Source: Eledone cirrhosa (Eukaryota). Taken from it: a stretch of DNA of 64,000 nt. Position numbers and translations under genes: made by a program. Numbering within the stretch: position 1 is the stretch's first letter; the number at the start of each line of letters is the position of its first letter. Below, piece by piece: positions 37,760-52,353 of the stretch. The notes beneath the pieces are model-generated. The model was not told the origin of the DNA. It did no database searches and saw nothing but the letters and a program-made list of their open reading frames with translations. The DNA lies in NCBI GenBank assembly GCA_964016885.1, contig OZ024745.1, forward strand, positions 25,172,001 through 25,236,000, given 5' to 3'.

Positions 37760-39937
37760 ACATCACCATTACACACACATAATGTTGACAAGTACTAACT
37801 TATACAGAGAGGAGAAAATTATTTTCTCCTGTCCCCTTTCTTGTATATCACACCCCTTTCTTGCTGCCCCCCTCTCCTCACTTTCTTCTTTTACTTTCTT
37901 TCTCTATAAACCCCTTCTGCTTCCAACAACCTTTCTGATCTCCACTCTGTTTCAATCTGTTTCTCTCCCTCCCTTCTTTATATATATATATGTGTGTGTC
38001 CTTCTCTACTCTGCTTTCTTCTTCTTCTTCCTCTCCTTGTCCCCCCTTCTGCAGATGAACTAGGTGGTGGCTTCAGAACTACTTGATTGTGGGTGAGTTA
38101 GATAGAGAGGAGGTGGAATTGTGATGGTAGGGGTTAGTTGTATAGTAGGGATGGGAATGGGGAGGAAGCATACTGGAGTTTGGGGTTGGGACAATGGATG
38201 AGGGGTTGGGCTGAGGGGAATTTTTGGCTAGGGAGCTGATCACACATATATATACTCTCTCTCTCTCTCTCCCACAAACCAGCCAGTTAACCTCTGACAA
38301 GCACTGACTATAATTCTACATTCTCTGTGTCCTTATACCCTACACCATTCCCCCTCTCCTCCTCCTCCTCTTTCTCCACCCCCTTCACCAACAGACCTCA
38401 CAGGACCAATCAGACACACAATAAACAAAAACACAAAATAACACCACATGACACACACACTACAAAAAATTACTCTCTCTCTCTACAGCCCCTCTCTCTC
38501 TCAGTTCTATAAAATGCTATACCCACTCTCCAAAGCAAAAGTTCTCCTGGACTGGGCAACCTATAAATTTATCTAGAGTATTTTCTAACACTTGTTTGCC
38601 TTTGAATGGGTAGTTAAAGGATCTTTCTGTCTAAATTTCTTTGCCTGTGATAGACTTACTGATGATGTCTTCTTCAATGGGAGATAGTGAGATTTGAGAG
38701 TTGTTTCTCTAATGATAACAAACCTCCTCCTTCCTCTATTGTCACTGGAAGTGAATGAATGCATCTTATAAAAAAAACTACCTTTAGCATTCCCATTGAT
38801 TTGTAGAAAATGTTAACATACTGTTCTGAGAAAAAAGAGAGAAGGAAAGAGATAGAAAGTTAGTGAGTGAATGAGATAGGACTACTACAAACTCCTGAGT
38901 AATGTAAAAATTATCTGCTATAGTTTGTTCAACCCAGAACTGGCCAGTGCTATTCAATAACAACAGGTACAATAATTTTCTTTTTATTGTAAGGCTGTAT
39001 GTTACAAAAAACAGCCAGTCCACCCTTGAAAGTTGTAGTGCCATGAAGAAAAGCACCCAGTCAAACCTGTGAAGTGGTAGTGCTGGTTGCTATGATGAAA
39101 AACACCCAGTTCATTCTGTAAAGTGATAGAGTTGATGCCATCATGAAAAACACTCAGTAAAGTTGTAGTGCTGGTGCTATGAAAGATTCACCCAGTTCAC
39201 CCTATAATGTGATAGTGCCAGAAACATGATAAAATGTTCCCAAACATGCTGTAAAGTTATTAGCATTAGAAAGGGTTTGGAAGCCAAAAATGGAATGAGC
39301 TAGACATGGTCACCTGACCCATGAGTATGTGTCAACCTATCTAGCCCATGCACTGAGGGAAATTAAACATTAAACAGTAATATTGATGATGATGTTTATT
39401 CAGGAAGAGAAGGGTAGAACCTCTCCAGGGAGGGAAGAAGGTATCCTCACTCAAGAGAGCTAGTTTAAACACTTCCTGTAAAGGCATTCCAAGAATCAGT
39501 TGGCAGTGTTAAACAGGTGACAAATTAAGTCTACCACCCAGTTCAATTTGAACCCAGAATGCAAAGAGCTAGAACAAATGCCACAAAGCTTCTCATCTGA
39601 CACTTTAAAATCCTGCCAATTTATTGCTCCATATTGGTAGTAAATTTTATTAACCTCATGTCTAGCATTGCTGATTCTCTTGACAGTCCCAGCACCCAAT
39701 TCTCTTTTTCAGTCATACTGGCCTTACTTTTCCTCAGACCTAGAGAGGTCCACTTAAAGTGGCTCAAATCAGTCTTGGTTAGCATTTTATAATCATCTTA
39801 TCTTAGCCTCAATCACTTCCTACTCAGAGTCCCTATTTCTGGTAAGTAATGAATTCATTACTCAGCAATGGATGCCATTCCAATTATAAGAAACTATAAT
39901 ACGTGGTAAAGGTTTCTAGTAGAGGTTAGCAAACACC

Positions 39938-40713
39938 TGAGCCCAGAAACCATCACATGACACATGAGTTCAAAAGCCATCACATAACACATGAGCCCAG
40001 GAGCCATCACATGACACATGAGTTCAAAAGCCATCACATAACACATGAGCCCAGAAGCCATCACATAACACATGAGTTAAAAAGCCATCACATAACACAT
40101 GAGTTCAAAAGCCATCACATAACACATGAGTTCAAAAGCCATCACATAACACATGAGTTCAAAAGCCATCACATAACACATGAGCCCAGAAGCCATCACA
40201 TAACACATGAGTTCAAAAGCCATCACATAACACATGAGTTCAAAAGCCATCACATAACACATGAGCCCAGAAGCCATCACATAACACATGAGTTAAAAAG
40301 CCATCACATAACACATGAGTTCAAAAGCCATCACATAACACATGAGTTCAAAAGCCATCACATAACACATGAGTTCAAAAGCCATCATATAACACATGAG
40401 TTCAAAAGCCATCACATGACACATGTGCTCAAAAGCCATCACATAACACATGAGTTCAAAAGCCATCACATAACACATGAGCCCAGAAGCCATCACATAA
40501 CACATGAGTTAAAAAGCCATCACATAACACATGAGTTCAAAAGCCATCACATAACACATGAGTTCAAAAGCCATCATATAACACATGAGTTCAAAAGCCA
40601 TCACATGACACATGTGCTCAAAAGCCATCACATAACACATGAGTTCAAAAGCCATCATATAACACATGAGTTCAAAAGCCATCACATGACACATGTGCTC
40701 AAAAGCCATCATA
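39938..40713. repeat. 27-bp minisatellite, ~29 copies
   Basis: Unit catgagttcaaaagccatcacataaca with cccag, ttaa and gtgctc variants. Confidence 0.97.
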
Positions 40714-40976
40714 TAGTGTGTGATAAATAAAATTAGTCCTTTGAATTACTAGGCTTTTGTAAAAAAAAAAAGTTATTTGTTGAAGATTCCACAAACTTGA
40801 ATTGAACCTAAGTTCTCATGACTGAGAAGTAAACTTCTTAACCACTAGGCCTACACACATAGAGACAGGCAGACACACACACAGAGACACACATATCTGC
40901 AGATGTGAATGTAAGAAAGAGCGAGAGGTATTCTGGTAGTGTTGGAGAAGTAAGGGGAATGATATTGAGAGAGAGA

Positions 40977-41007
<31 letters not shown>

Positions 41008-41454
41008 GAGGGTGGTAAAAATGAGGGAGTAAAAGAGAGAATGTGTGACTGAGAAAATCAGACAGAAGTTGATGGCTTGTGGAGTGGTGTGTGTGAGAAA
41101 AAAAAGGAGGGTAGGTAATAATTAATGTATTGGCCACAGACAAAAAGTGTGGGAACCAATATGTATGTGTGAGGATAGTGTGAAGAGCTTGTAAGTTTTA
41201 TCACACAGTGCAGACGCACACACACACACACACACACAGACGTGTGTGTGCATATTTTCCTAAATGTATATAGTTGGAGGTATACATTTTTCTGTGTGTA
41301 TATATATCATCATCATCATTGTCTCTACTGGTTGCGATCATGAGGTAGTACGTAACAACCAGATGTCCTTCCTGATGCCAACTCTTGTTTGTTTTCCCAA
41401 TGCTTCTTAAGTCAACTGGGCCTGTATACCCAGTTTTCAGTAAATATTGGGCTG

Positions 41455-41843
41455 GACAGAAAGTCCTCACTATTCATGATAATGCTCGGCCACATACATC
41501 AAGGATGACCCTTGAGAATCTGCTGGAGCTTGGTTAGGAGGTTCTGCCTCACCTGCCGTATTCACCTGACCTCGTGCTTACAGAGTATCACCTTTTTCTC
41601 TCAATGAGCAATGTAATGCAGTGAAAGATCTTTGCCAATGAAGACTGGTTAAATCAGTGGCTGACGGAATTCTTTGTATTGAAGCCAGAATAATTCAACA
41701 GGGCTGGAATCATGTGCCTTCCTAAACAATAGCAGATGGTTATCGTGGCGATTATTTTGACTTGTAAAATTTTCCTAGTGTTGAGAAATGCCAAAATCAA
41801 TAAAAATTTGAAAAACAGTGAGAACTTTCTATCTAACCTAATA
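41455..41843 (+). pseudogene. mariner transposase relic (C-terminal catalytic part) with probable right TIR
   Basis: HDNARPHT...G*EVLPHLPYSPDLVLTEYHLFLSM...GIMCLP, with in-frame stops. Ends AACTTTCTATCTAACCTAA-TA. Absent from the ORF track. Confidence 0.92.
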
Positions 41844-43217
41844 CATTCTTACAACAGACACTAACTGAATGCTGAGGGACAGAGATATGTTTTCACTGCT
41901 CAGCTAAGGCAACGTTAACTAGCAGACTACTGAGGGCTGAAGTGTCTTTTCACTACACATCACTAACTAACAGACTGCCAGAGGTGTGTTTTCACTGCTC
42001 AGCTAAGTTGACACTAACAGACTGTTAAGGTTCAGGTGTTGTCACTGCTCAGCTAAGGTATCACTGACATAAGTCAACCAGGGCTTGTATGCCCAATTTT
42101 CTGTAAATATATATTAAGAGATGCAATCGTAGCTGTGTGGTTAAGAAGTTCACAATTGTGTGAACTTCACTTCTATCCACTGCATGAGACTAATAAGAGT
42201 CTTTTACTCTAGCCTCAGTAAACTAATGCCTTATGAGTAAGTTTGATCGATGGAAACTATAAGGAAGCCCTTATGTAAATAATTGTTCATGTTTTTTTCT
42301 GTTTGTTTATCTCTTCTCTTTACATTTGATATCATAAGTGGTGATATTTGTTTTTGTTCTATGTAAACAGATATCCCAATATTGCAATGACCTGTACTTT
42401 TCTTTAATCTTCTGGGTACTCGAGATGACTTATGTCACCGATAGAGTAATCTCCCCTTAATACATAATGCAGAGTCAAGGGAAGCAATTCATTAAAAAAA
42501 ATTTAGCATGCTAAAGATTAAAAATAGTAAAGGTTAGCATTAAGAAGGGTATCCAGCCATAGAGTCCTGTCCCAAAATGTCTTATTCAACCAGCTTTTGT
42601 ATATGTATATGTATCGCCTTTATAAGGAGAATAATGATAAATCAAAGTTTCTTTTTCTTTTCAATTCAAAATATTTTTGTGTGAGGTTTGAAATTACAAA
42701 TTCATAAGCCTTAAAACTGAAAATGTTTTCATTAACTGAGGCATGAAGTAAAGATTATAAATTGAAATTCTAATTCTAATTAAAAGAACTAAATGAAAAG
42801 TTATGAATTAACTGCTATAATTTAGATGTAAATGATATTAGACATCCTAAACACCAGTTTCAGACAGAAAAGAGCAACAGTACCAGTGACTAAACTCAAA
42901 CCACATATTTATTGGTTGCTAGGGGCAACCACATTGCCATTACACTCCAGAATGCCTGTCATTCCATCTACTCAGATTTATATTATTAGAATAGATATTT
43001 ATTTTTAACATTTCCTCTTCCATTCACTGTATTTTTTTCAAACGGGAAACCATGGGTATATGGTTAAGGAGTTCACTTTTTAACCACATAGTTTGGGGGT
43101 TCAATATCACTGCATGGGCAAGTGTCTTCTACTATAGCCTCAGGTTGACCAATGCTTGTAAGTAAATTTGCTAGATAGAAAATGTGAGTAAGCCCATTAT
43201 ATGTGTGGATGTATACT

Positions 43218-43286
<69 letters not shown>

Positions 43287-43369
43287 ATAATAATAAATTT
43301 GAAGACTAAAATCCAAAGAGGGCTCGATAAGGATAAATATATATCAGATATATAAGAACCGTAGAGCAA

Positions 43370-43530
43370 ATATTTATTAAAATAACAGATTAAAGTTTAA
43401 GCAAAGAATCGGTGCTTTCACCCTTAACGGGATCTTCTGAAACTCGTTAAGGGTGAAAGTTAAGGTTTCAGAAGATCCCGTTAAGGGTGAAAGCAGCGAT
43501 TCTTTGCTTAAAGTTTAATCTGTTATTTTA

Positions 43531-43538
<8 letters not shown>
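43370..43538. repeat. 74-bp-arm palindrome within an insert between two (TA)n tracts
   Basis: 43370-43443 is the reverse complement of 43465-43538. The loop holds a third partial copy, cgttaagggtgaaag. Confidence 0.92.
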
Positions 43539-43591
<53 letters not shown>

Positions 43592-44719
43592 AAAGATGAA
43601 GTTGGAAATAGCACAGAAAATATATTTTAGGGTCTGTTTTTCTTTTTTTCCTTTCTTTGGTTCGTCAAAGTGACATTATGGAAAAAATGAGAGGGACAAT
43701 TCTTTTTAAAATAAGTTTTATAATGTATATAAAATATATAAAGTATTACTGATTTCGATCTATAAGTAAAATTCATCTTATGAGTATTACAATTAAAAAT
43801 AATTAATAAGAATTAATAAGAATTCAAAAAAAATTAAAGATTTAATATATATACCTAGTCTACCTTTTAAAATGGTCATGCTGTAAATGTGGTTGGTGTT
43901 ATATGGGGCACCCAGCCATAGAAACTAATCTTGAAACAGTTCTGTGTGAGCAAGACATGGTTATCTGACCTGACAACTCCTCTAACCTATGTTAGCATGG
44001 AAAAATGGATGTTAAACCGTGATGATGATGATGAGTTGTACCTTGCAATTTAAAGGATCAACCTCATCACACATTGTGTCATGCTGAATTTTTTCTGAGA
44101 ACTACTTTCAGGGTGCACATGTCGGTGGAATACTCAGCCGCTTGCATGTTTATTTCATGAGGTGTTTCATTGGTGAAACAAATGATACACTCATTGTTGG
44201 AACCAACAAAGGTCCAACATACACATACCACAAGGGTTAAAGTGTTCATATTTATCTAAAACCCTTCCACCATGATTTATATGAGAACTTTTGTTAAGTT
44301 ATGTTCCAAACACTAGATTAATAATGGTTTCTGATTTAGGCTCATGACCAACACTTTTTGGGGGAGGGGCAAGTCGATTAAATTGACCCCAGTGCATTAC
44401 TGGTATTTTATTTTATCAACCCTGTAAGGATGAAAGGCAAAGCTAACCTTGGTGGGATTTGAACTCTGAACGTAAAGGGACGTAACTCTATGCCGCTAAG
44501 CATGTTGTCCAATGCGCTGGAAATTCTTGATTTTTGCAAAATAATTTGAAAATCATAAGCAGTGCCTTTTATTATAAATATGGCAATGAAAGGGTTAAAT
44601 ATTCTGCCATTTCTATCTCCACAATTACTACATACACCTATCTCTATACCACCACCATGGCTATTGTTCACAGATACTGCCATCAAGGCTACATACCCCA
44701 TGCTTACTCTGTCTCTCTC

Positions 44720-45238
44720 TACCACCACCACCACCACCAACAGCAAGACTACATGTACTACAGGTTCTTTCCCCCACCCCCATCCCATCAAGACTTTATA
44801 CACCATGGTTAATCTTTTTTTACCACTGCCATTAGACCACTACCAACACCACCACTACCACCAAGACTACACCATGGTTAATCTTTCTCTACCACCACCA
44901 CCACCACTATCATCACCACTACCACCACCACTATCATCACCACTACCACCACCACCATTGCCACTACCACTATCACCACCAAGACTACACCATGGTTAAT
45001 CTTTCTCTACCACCACCACCACCACTATCATCACCACTACCACCACCACTATCATCACCACTACCACCACCACCATTGCCACTACCACTATCACCACCAA
45101 GACTACACCATGGTTAATCTTTCCCCACCACCACTACCATGCAAAGAACAAGTTCCAAAACAGCCACACCCTCCTCTTTTCCTCTTTCACACAATCTCTC
45201 CCTCTCTCTCATATATAATATATACACACACACACACA

Positions 45239-45285
<47 letters not shown>

Positions 45286-45309
45286 TGGGAGTCCTTTGCT
45301 CCGTAATTT

Positions 45310-45352
<43 letters not shown>

Positions 45353-46330
45353 TATCTCACACTCTCATTTCCTTCTCCCACTCCCACTCTACTGTACCTC
45401 CCACTCCCACTCTCCCACTACTACCTCCCTCCCTCCCCTCAAATATTTCTCTTCCCCCTCTCTTTCATTACCTCCTCCTCCTCCTCCTCCTCCATATGGG
45501 ATCAGTGGGTCAACTTAAAATAGCTGAACAGAAGGCATCACATGTTCCACATTCCTGGGCCACTATAACTGTTCTTCTGCTGCTGGTAAGGAGGACATGA
45601 TGGTGGTGGTGGTGGTGGTGGTGGTGGTGTTAGTGGTGGTGGTGGTGGTGGTCGTGGTGTTAATGGTGGTGATGGTGGTGGTGTTAATGGTGGTGATGGT
45701 GGTGTTAATGGTGGTGGTTGTCGTGGTGTTAGTGATGGTGGTGATAATTGTAGTGGGGTAGTGTGGTGGTGGTGGTGATGGTGGTGGTGTCAATGGGGGT
45801 TGTGGTGGTGGAGGTCGTGGTGTTAGTAATGGTAGTGCTGGTGGTGATAATTGTAGTGTGGTGGTGGTGGCAGGGTGGGGTAGTGTAGTTGTGTGTGTGT
45901 GGTGGTGGTGGCAGGGTGGGGTAGTGTAGTTGTGTGTGTGGTGGTGGTGGTGGCAGGGTGGGGTAGTGTAGTTGTGTGTGTGTGGTGGTGGTGGTAGTGG
46001 CAAGGTGGGGTAGTGTAGTTGTGTGTGGTGGTAGTGTAGTTGTGTGTGTGTGTGTGTGTGTGTGGTGGTGATAGTGGCAGGGTGGGGTATAGTTGTGTGT
46101 GTGTGTGTGGTGGTGGTGGTGGTAGTGGCAGGGTGGGGTATAGTTCTGTGTGTGTGTGGTGGTGGTGGTGGTAGTGGCAAGGTGGGGTATAGTTGTGTCT
46201 GTGATGGTGGTGGTGGAGTTCTAGTGGTAGTTAGTTGTGGGAGGTTTTGGTTTTCTGATAGTGGTGTTGGTGATGGTGGTCATGGTGGTACTTGTGTGTG
46301 AGGGTTGTGGTGGTGATTGGGTGAGAATGT
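44720..46330. repeat. (ACC)n and (GGT)n/(GT)n low-complexity blocks in opposite orientation
   Basis: Directly visible. Includes repeated caagactacaccatggttaatcttt units. Confidence 0.85.
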
Positions 46331-47278
46331 TGATGGTAATGCTGGGGGGGGGGGTGATGTTGGTAGGATGGCTGTGGTAGTGGGGGAGGGGGGGATGTTA
46401 GGTGGTGGTGGGAAGTGCTATTGGCAGAAAGATGGCAAAAAATAAAAATCCTCAGGTGGGTTTTGGTTTGGTGGGGCTGTGTGAGAGAGAGAGGGAGGGA
46501 GGGAAGGAGAGAGAGAGAGGAAAAAGAGGAAAGGCTTACAGAGTGGTCCTGAACTGTAGAGTGGTGGGTGGTGGCTGATAGAATTGAAGTTAAGGTTAGT
46601 ATGTATTTTATAGTGTGTGTGTGTGTCCTGGGAAAGGTGGTTGGGTGAAGTGTGTGTAAGTGTAAAGTAGGAGGGGGGGGGGTGATATTGGTAGTAAAGA
46701 TTGTGAATGGTAGTGGGAGGAAATGGTGGTGGTGGTGATGGGGAGATTGTGAATAGTTTTGTGGGAGGAATTTAAAGTTATGATATGGTGGTGGTGTTGG
46801 TGGGTGTGGTAGTAATAAAGATTGTGAATGGCATTGTGGCTAGAGGTTGGTCTTAGAGGCAATGAACTGAAAGAAGTGGTAGTGGTGGTGGTAGAGAGTG
46901 AATGGTTGGTGTTTCAATTGGCAGTGTCAGTAGGGCATCTGATAACATGCTTTGCAGCATATAGTTATGTACCTTTATGTTCTGAGTTCAAATCCCACCG
47001 AGGTTGAATTTGCTTTTCATCCTTATGGGGGTCAGTAGGACAAAGTACCAGTAAAGCATTGGAGTCAATTTAATTGGCTTTCCTTTTCCCTTCAAATTGC
47101 TGGCCTTGTGCCAAAAGAAACAGTTATTATTGGGGCAGTCTTGGCCAAGCTGATATTGCATGGCATATAAATTGTCTGCAAAAGAAATAGATGTGATCCA
47201 CAGAAATAGATGTCATTCCTTAGGTCAGGTTAGATCAAGCAAACCTATGATCACAGACATTCCAGGCCATGACCATCC

Positions 47279-47315
<37 letters not shown>

Positions 47316-47345
47316 TGAAAATTGCAAACTTGACTGTCACTACAC

Positions 47346-47391
47346 AATATGAACCTGAAGATTGCGAAAGCATGAAAGTACTTGTTCAATT
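47346..47391 (+). ncRNA. Minimal type I hammerhead ribozyme motif (Penelope-like-element type)
   Basis: Stem I TGAAC(47350-54)/GTTCA(47384-88), extendable by AAT/ATT. CTGAAGA (47355-61). Stem II TGC-GAAA-GCA. GAAA (47374-77). Palindromic GTAC, then TT (cut after 47383). Lies in an insert between (TA)n tracts. Confidence 0.82.
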
Positions 47392-47549
47392 AAAATTTAA
47401 TATTCTACCATACTATTTCATTCTAATACCATTATAAATTTTAGAGGATTTTAAATAAAACGAGTAAATCAGACAAAGTTGGAATTCCTTTTATTAATAT
47501 AATCTTCTATACACAATCATACACACCCGTGTATATTTATCTCTCTCTC

Positions 47550-47721
<172 letters not shown>

Positions 47722-48090
47722 ATGTATGTATGTATATATGTAAGTAATTTAGTTTGTCAATGGTGACGAAGCAAGCAATGAAATATACATTTTTCAAGTT
47801 TCGTCCATCATCATCGACATCATCATCATCATCATCATCGTCATCATCATCATCGTGGACATCATCATCATCATCGTCATCATCGTGGACATCATCATCA
47901 TCATCATCATGTTCATCGTTTTTCAACTTTTCCATGCTGGCATAGATTATTGGACAGGATATTTTTGAGGCAATGTTTGACAGCTGGATGTCCTTCCTGA
48001 TCAACCCATGTAGCTGGTCCTATTGACATTCAGGGTTAGTTCATTGAAGCATTTCTGGCAAACAGAAGTTGTGCTAGTTTCAGGATATTT

Positions 48091-48480
48091 GGATTGGCAG
48101 TATCGGTTGAGGGTCGGATGCCATGCTTTGCAGCAAAGAGTTACGGCCCTTTATGATCTGAGTTCAAATCCCACCGAGGTTAACTTTGCCTTTCATCCTT
48201 ACAGGGTCGATAAAATAAAGTACCAGTAATGTACTGGGATAATTACTGGCCTTGTGCCAAAAGTAGAAACAATTATTGATTATTGGTGGATTGGTAGTAT
48301 TGGTAGAGAGTCGGACGCCATGCTTTGTAGCATAGAGTTACGCCCCTTTACGGTCTGAGTTCAAATCCCGCCGACGTTAATTTTCCCTTTCATCCTTACG
48401 GGGTCGATAAAATAAAGTACCAATAACGCACTGGGATAATTGCTGGCCTTGTGCTAAAAGTAAAAACAATTATTGATTAT
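48091..48480 (+). mobile_element. Head-to-tail dimer of Meta-like SINEs
   Basis: Two copies, each followed by aattattgattatt. Confidence 0.9.
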
Positions 48481-48831
48481 TGATCAACAAGGTGGAAAGT
48501 TGAGGGGAGGGATTCAAGGTAAAACCACAGATCTAGACAGAAGGGAACAATAATGTTGATCTTCATGGTGTTAGCAGCCTACAAAGTAGTTTGCTTTACT
48601 GGGAAACATTTTGGGCCACGTTGGTATCAAAAAGGTTAATGACAGTTCAATAAAAACACACACATACAATATATATTTCATGGTAACTATGGCTGTATGC
48701 TCTTCCTAACACCTGCTGCTTTACAGAATGCACAATATAGCGACAGAAAAATGTTAGAGAGGACACTCTGAGGGCAATAGATGTTGTTAAGGTCACAGGC
48801 TGTGATAAAAAGACTTTGACAATGAATTAAT

Positions 48832-48893
<62 letters not shown>

Positions 48894-49025
48894 CTTGTTG
48901 TTCTTGTTGTTGTTGTTGTTGTTGTTCTTCTTCTTCTTCTTCTTCTTCTTCTTCTCCTCCTTCTTCTCCACCTCCTCCTCCTCCTCCTCCTCCTCCTTCT
49001 TCTCCACCTCCTCCTCCTCCTCCTC
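48832..49025. repeat. Compound (TTG)n-(TTC)n-(TCC)n microsatellite at the tail of an RTE relic
   Basis: Directly visible. Adjoins the 3' end of the minus-strand RTE. Confidence 0.95.
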
Positions 49026-49029
49026 TCAC

Positions 49030-49460
49030 GTATTCCTAGGGGATTGTGGGAGCAGAATCCTCAAACACTTCCTTCAGCGGGTCCTATCAGAAGCAACCGT
49101 CTCCAAAATTATCTGGCTGGGTCCTCAAGTGAGACCAGCTGAGCTCATGGATGTTATCCAAACATCTTGCACGGAGTCTACCCCCGGGTCTCCTGCCAGT
49201 TGGTTTTGCCTGTAAAATCTGTCCAGTGATTCTTTCCTGAAACATTCTGACCAGATGCCTTGTAGTATTGGAACTGTGATCTCTCAATTCAAAGAAGCAG
49301 CTGCTCTACCTGGAGTGACTCTCTCATCTCCAAGCTACGTACTCTTTCATGTAACATTACTCAAAAGACCCTTGGGAGAAACCCCATTTCTACTGCTTGT
49401 ATTCTCTATCATATCTTTTTGGTTATTACCCAAGATTCATGACTATAGTTAAGGTTTGGC
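49030..49460 (-). mobile_element. RTE LINE 3' fragment
   Basis: HLVRMFQERITGQILQAKPTGRRPGGRLRARCLDNIHELSW. Confidence 0.8.
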
Positions 49461-49687
49461 ACAAATAGCAAATTGAAGATAACGAGTTTCGCTTTTATAC
49501 CTATCTCCCTTTTTCTGATTACAGAATGCTGAAGTTGGCGCTTTACTGCACCAGCTCCTGCAATTCTTGTACTTGATTAAAAAAAAAAAGAAAACACAAC
49601 CCAACGTGATACAATATACGTACATAAAATTATACAAAAGGAGGAAAAAAAAGAAAGAAAAAGGGGCAAAACAAAAGTGGGTGGTGA

Positions 49688-50577
49688 ATGAGATAGATGA
49701 AAGAGCTAGTGGGAGGAGTGAAAACAAAGGGGGGGGGGGTGAGATAGATGAAAGAGCTAGTGGGAGGAGTGAAAACAAAGGGGGGGGATGAGATAGATGA
49801 AAGAGCTAGTGGGAGGAGTGAAAACAAAGGGGGGGGGGATGAGATAGATGAAAGAGCTAGTGGGAGGAGTGAAAACAAAGGGGGAATGAGATAGATGAAA
49901 GAGCTAGTGGGAGGAGTGAAAACAAAGGGGGAATGAGATAGATGAAAGAGCTAGTGGGAGGAGTGAAAACAAAAGTGGGCGGGGAATGAGATAGATGAAA
50001 GAGCTAGTGGGAGGAGTGAAAACAAGTGGGTGGGGAATGAGATAGATGAAAGAGCTAGTGGGAGGAGTGAAAACAAAGAAGGGGGGGTTGATAGATGAAA
50101 GCTAGTGGGAGGAGTGAAAACAAAAGTGGGCGGGGAATGAGATAGATGAAAGAGCTAGTGGGAGGAGTGAAAACAAAAGTGGGCGTGGAATGAGATAGAT
50201 AAAAGAGCTAGTGGGAGGAGTGAAAACAAAGGGGAGGGGGGTGAGATAGATGAAAGAGCTAGTGGGAGGAGTGAAAACAAAAGTGGGCGGGGAATGAGAT
50301 AGATGAAAGAGCTAGTGGGAGGAGTGAAAACAAAGGGGGGGGTGAGATAGATGAAAGAGCTAGTGGGAGGAGTGAAAACAAAAGTGGGTGGGGAATGAGA
50401 TAGATGAAAGAGCTAGTGGGAGGAGTGAAAATAAAAGTGGGTGGGGGATGAGATAGATGAAAGATCTAGTGGGAGGAGTGAAAACAGAAGGGGGCGGGGA
50501 ATGAGATAGATGAAAGAGCTAGTGGGAGGAGTGAAAACAAAGGGGGGGGTGATAGATGAAAGAGCTAGTGGGAGGGG
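49688..50577. repeat. ~48-52-bp purine-rich minisatellite with a variable G-run, ~18 copies
   Basis: Unit gagatagatgaaagagctagtgggaggagtgaaaacaaa followed by a G-rich linker. Confidence 0.95.
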
Positions 50578-51642
50578 AAATTAGATAAAAGTTTTACTTG
50601 GAGGAGTGAAATCTAAGCATTGGTCAATGACCTGACACTGTCTGGCCTAGTTTATCATTTATTAAATTTCTTTTTTATTAATTCCCCCCCCCCCCCCCAC
50701 CTCCCCTCTCTGTCTGTGTGTCTCTCTCCAGGGCTGTCTCCTGCTAGATAAATATAATTGTTTTTTTTTTATTGAATAGAATATGATAGGTAGATAATGT
50801 GAGGGTTATTAGAGAGGGAAGGATGACAGATAGGGGGGGGGGGGGGGGGAGCTGGAGACCCACCCTGCACTTGGAATGTTAAGGAAAGATTACTAAGGTC
50901 AGGTGGAAAACATAATATTAAGAGAGGGGGAGGAGGATATTGGTAGGGAGCAATAAAGTTGTTAGAGACTAAAGAAGAGGGTAGAGGGTGAAAGAAGTAG
51001 TAAAGGGTAAAGAGGGAAAGAGAGAGAGAGAGAGAGGTGATACATGAGTATTGACATAGAGGGTGGTAAAGAAGAAGAGCTGTAGTAGGAGGGGGAAGTA
51101 GGGAGAAATGTGAGAGGGGGAGGGTAGTGGAAGAACTTAAGGAACTGTGGAATACAGAGTGAGGTAAGGTGGTGATGGTAACATGAGAGAGGAAGGGAGA
51201 GAAAGAGGGTGGGGTGGGGTGGAGACAGATAGAGAGAATGTGGAGTGAGTGGGAGACATAGACAGGCAGATAGAGAGTGCAAGAGAGAGAGATAGACAGA
51301 CAGATAGAGAGGGAGAGATAGACAGGCAGATAGAGAGAAAGTGAGAGTGAGAGTGAGAGATGGAGTGATAGACAGACAGATAGAGAGTGCAAGAGGGAGA
51401 GATAGACAGACAGTGAGAGAGGGAGAGATAGACAGACAGAGAGAGTAAGAGTGAGAGACGGAGAGATGGACAGCCGGATAGAGAGAAAGTGAGAGATGGA
51501 AAGATAGAGAGAGAGAGTTATAGAGGAAGCTAAATACAGAGAAGGGAGGGAGAGAGGGAGAAAGAGAGAAAGGGAGAGAGATGAAAAAAGGTAAAGATTG
51601 AGTAGTGTAAGAGGAGGTAATACTAGTGTTAATTGATAAAAG

Positions 51643-51686
<44 letters not shown>

Positions 51687-51954
51687 TGACCTCCCCTTCT
51701 ATGCTCCTCTCATACTGTTCCTACTTACTTCTCCCTACCCCTCTTTGTCCCCCTTTCTCTTGTCAACCCTACCAGCTAGTCTGTGCTACAAGTCACCTTG
51801 GGAAATTTCAGAGCATCACACTGGAAGTCCTCTATTTTATATACTCTTATGGCACCCCACCTTCTCTCTCTCTCTCTCTCCTCTCTCTCTTTCTCCGTCT
51901 CTCTCTTCTCTCGCTCTCTCTCTCGCTCTCTCTCTCGCTCTATCTTGTGCACAC

Positions 51955-52314
51955 ACATACATACACACATACACACACATATATATATATATACACACAA
52001 AGATACACATGCACTTGCTTGCATGCGTGCACACACACATATATATAGACATACACACACACATATATATATATACATATATATATACACACACATTTAT
52101 ACATACACACACATATATATATATATATATACACACATTTATATATACACACACATATATACACACACACACAGATATATATATATATACACACACACAA
52201 ATTTATATATACAGACACACATATATATACACACACACACACATTTATATATACACACACATATATACATACAGACACACACATTTATGTATACACATAC
52301 ACATATATATATAT

Positions 52315-52353
<39 letters not shown>

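Noticed and set aside
43465-43510. CAGAAGA-TCCC-GTTAA-GGGT-GAAA as an active hammerhead
   Set aside because: Invariant U4 is A and there is no stem III or NUH site. Kept only as a degenerate look-alike.
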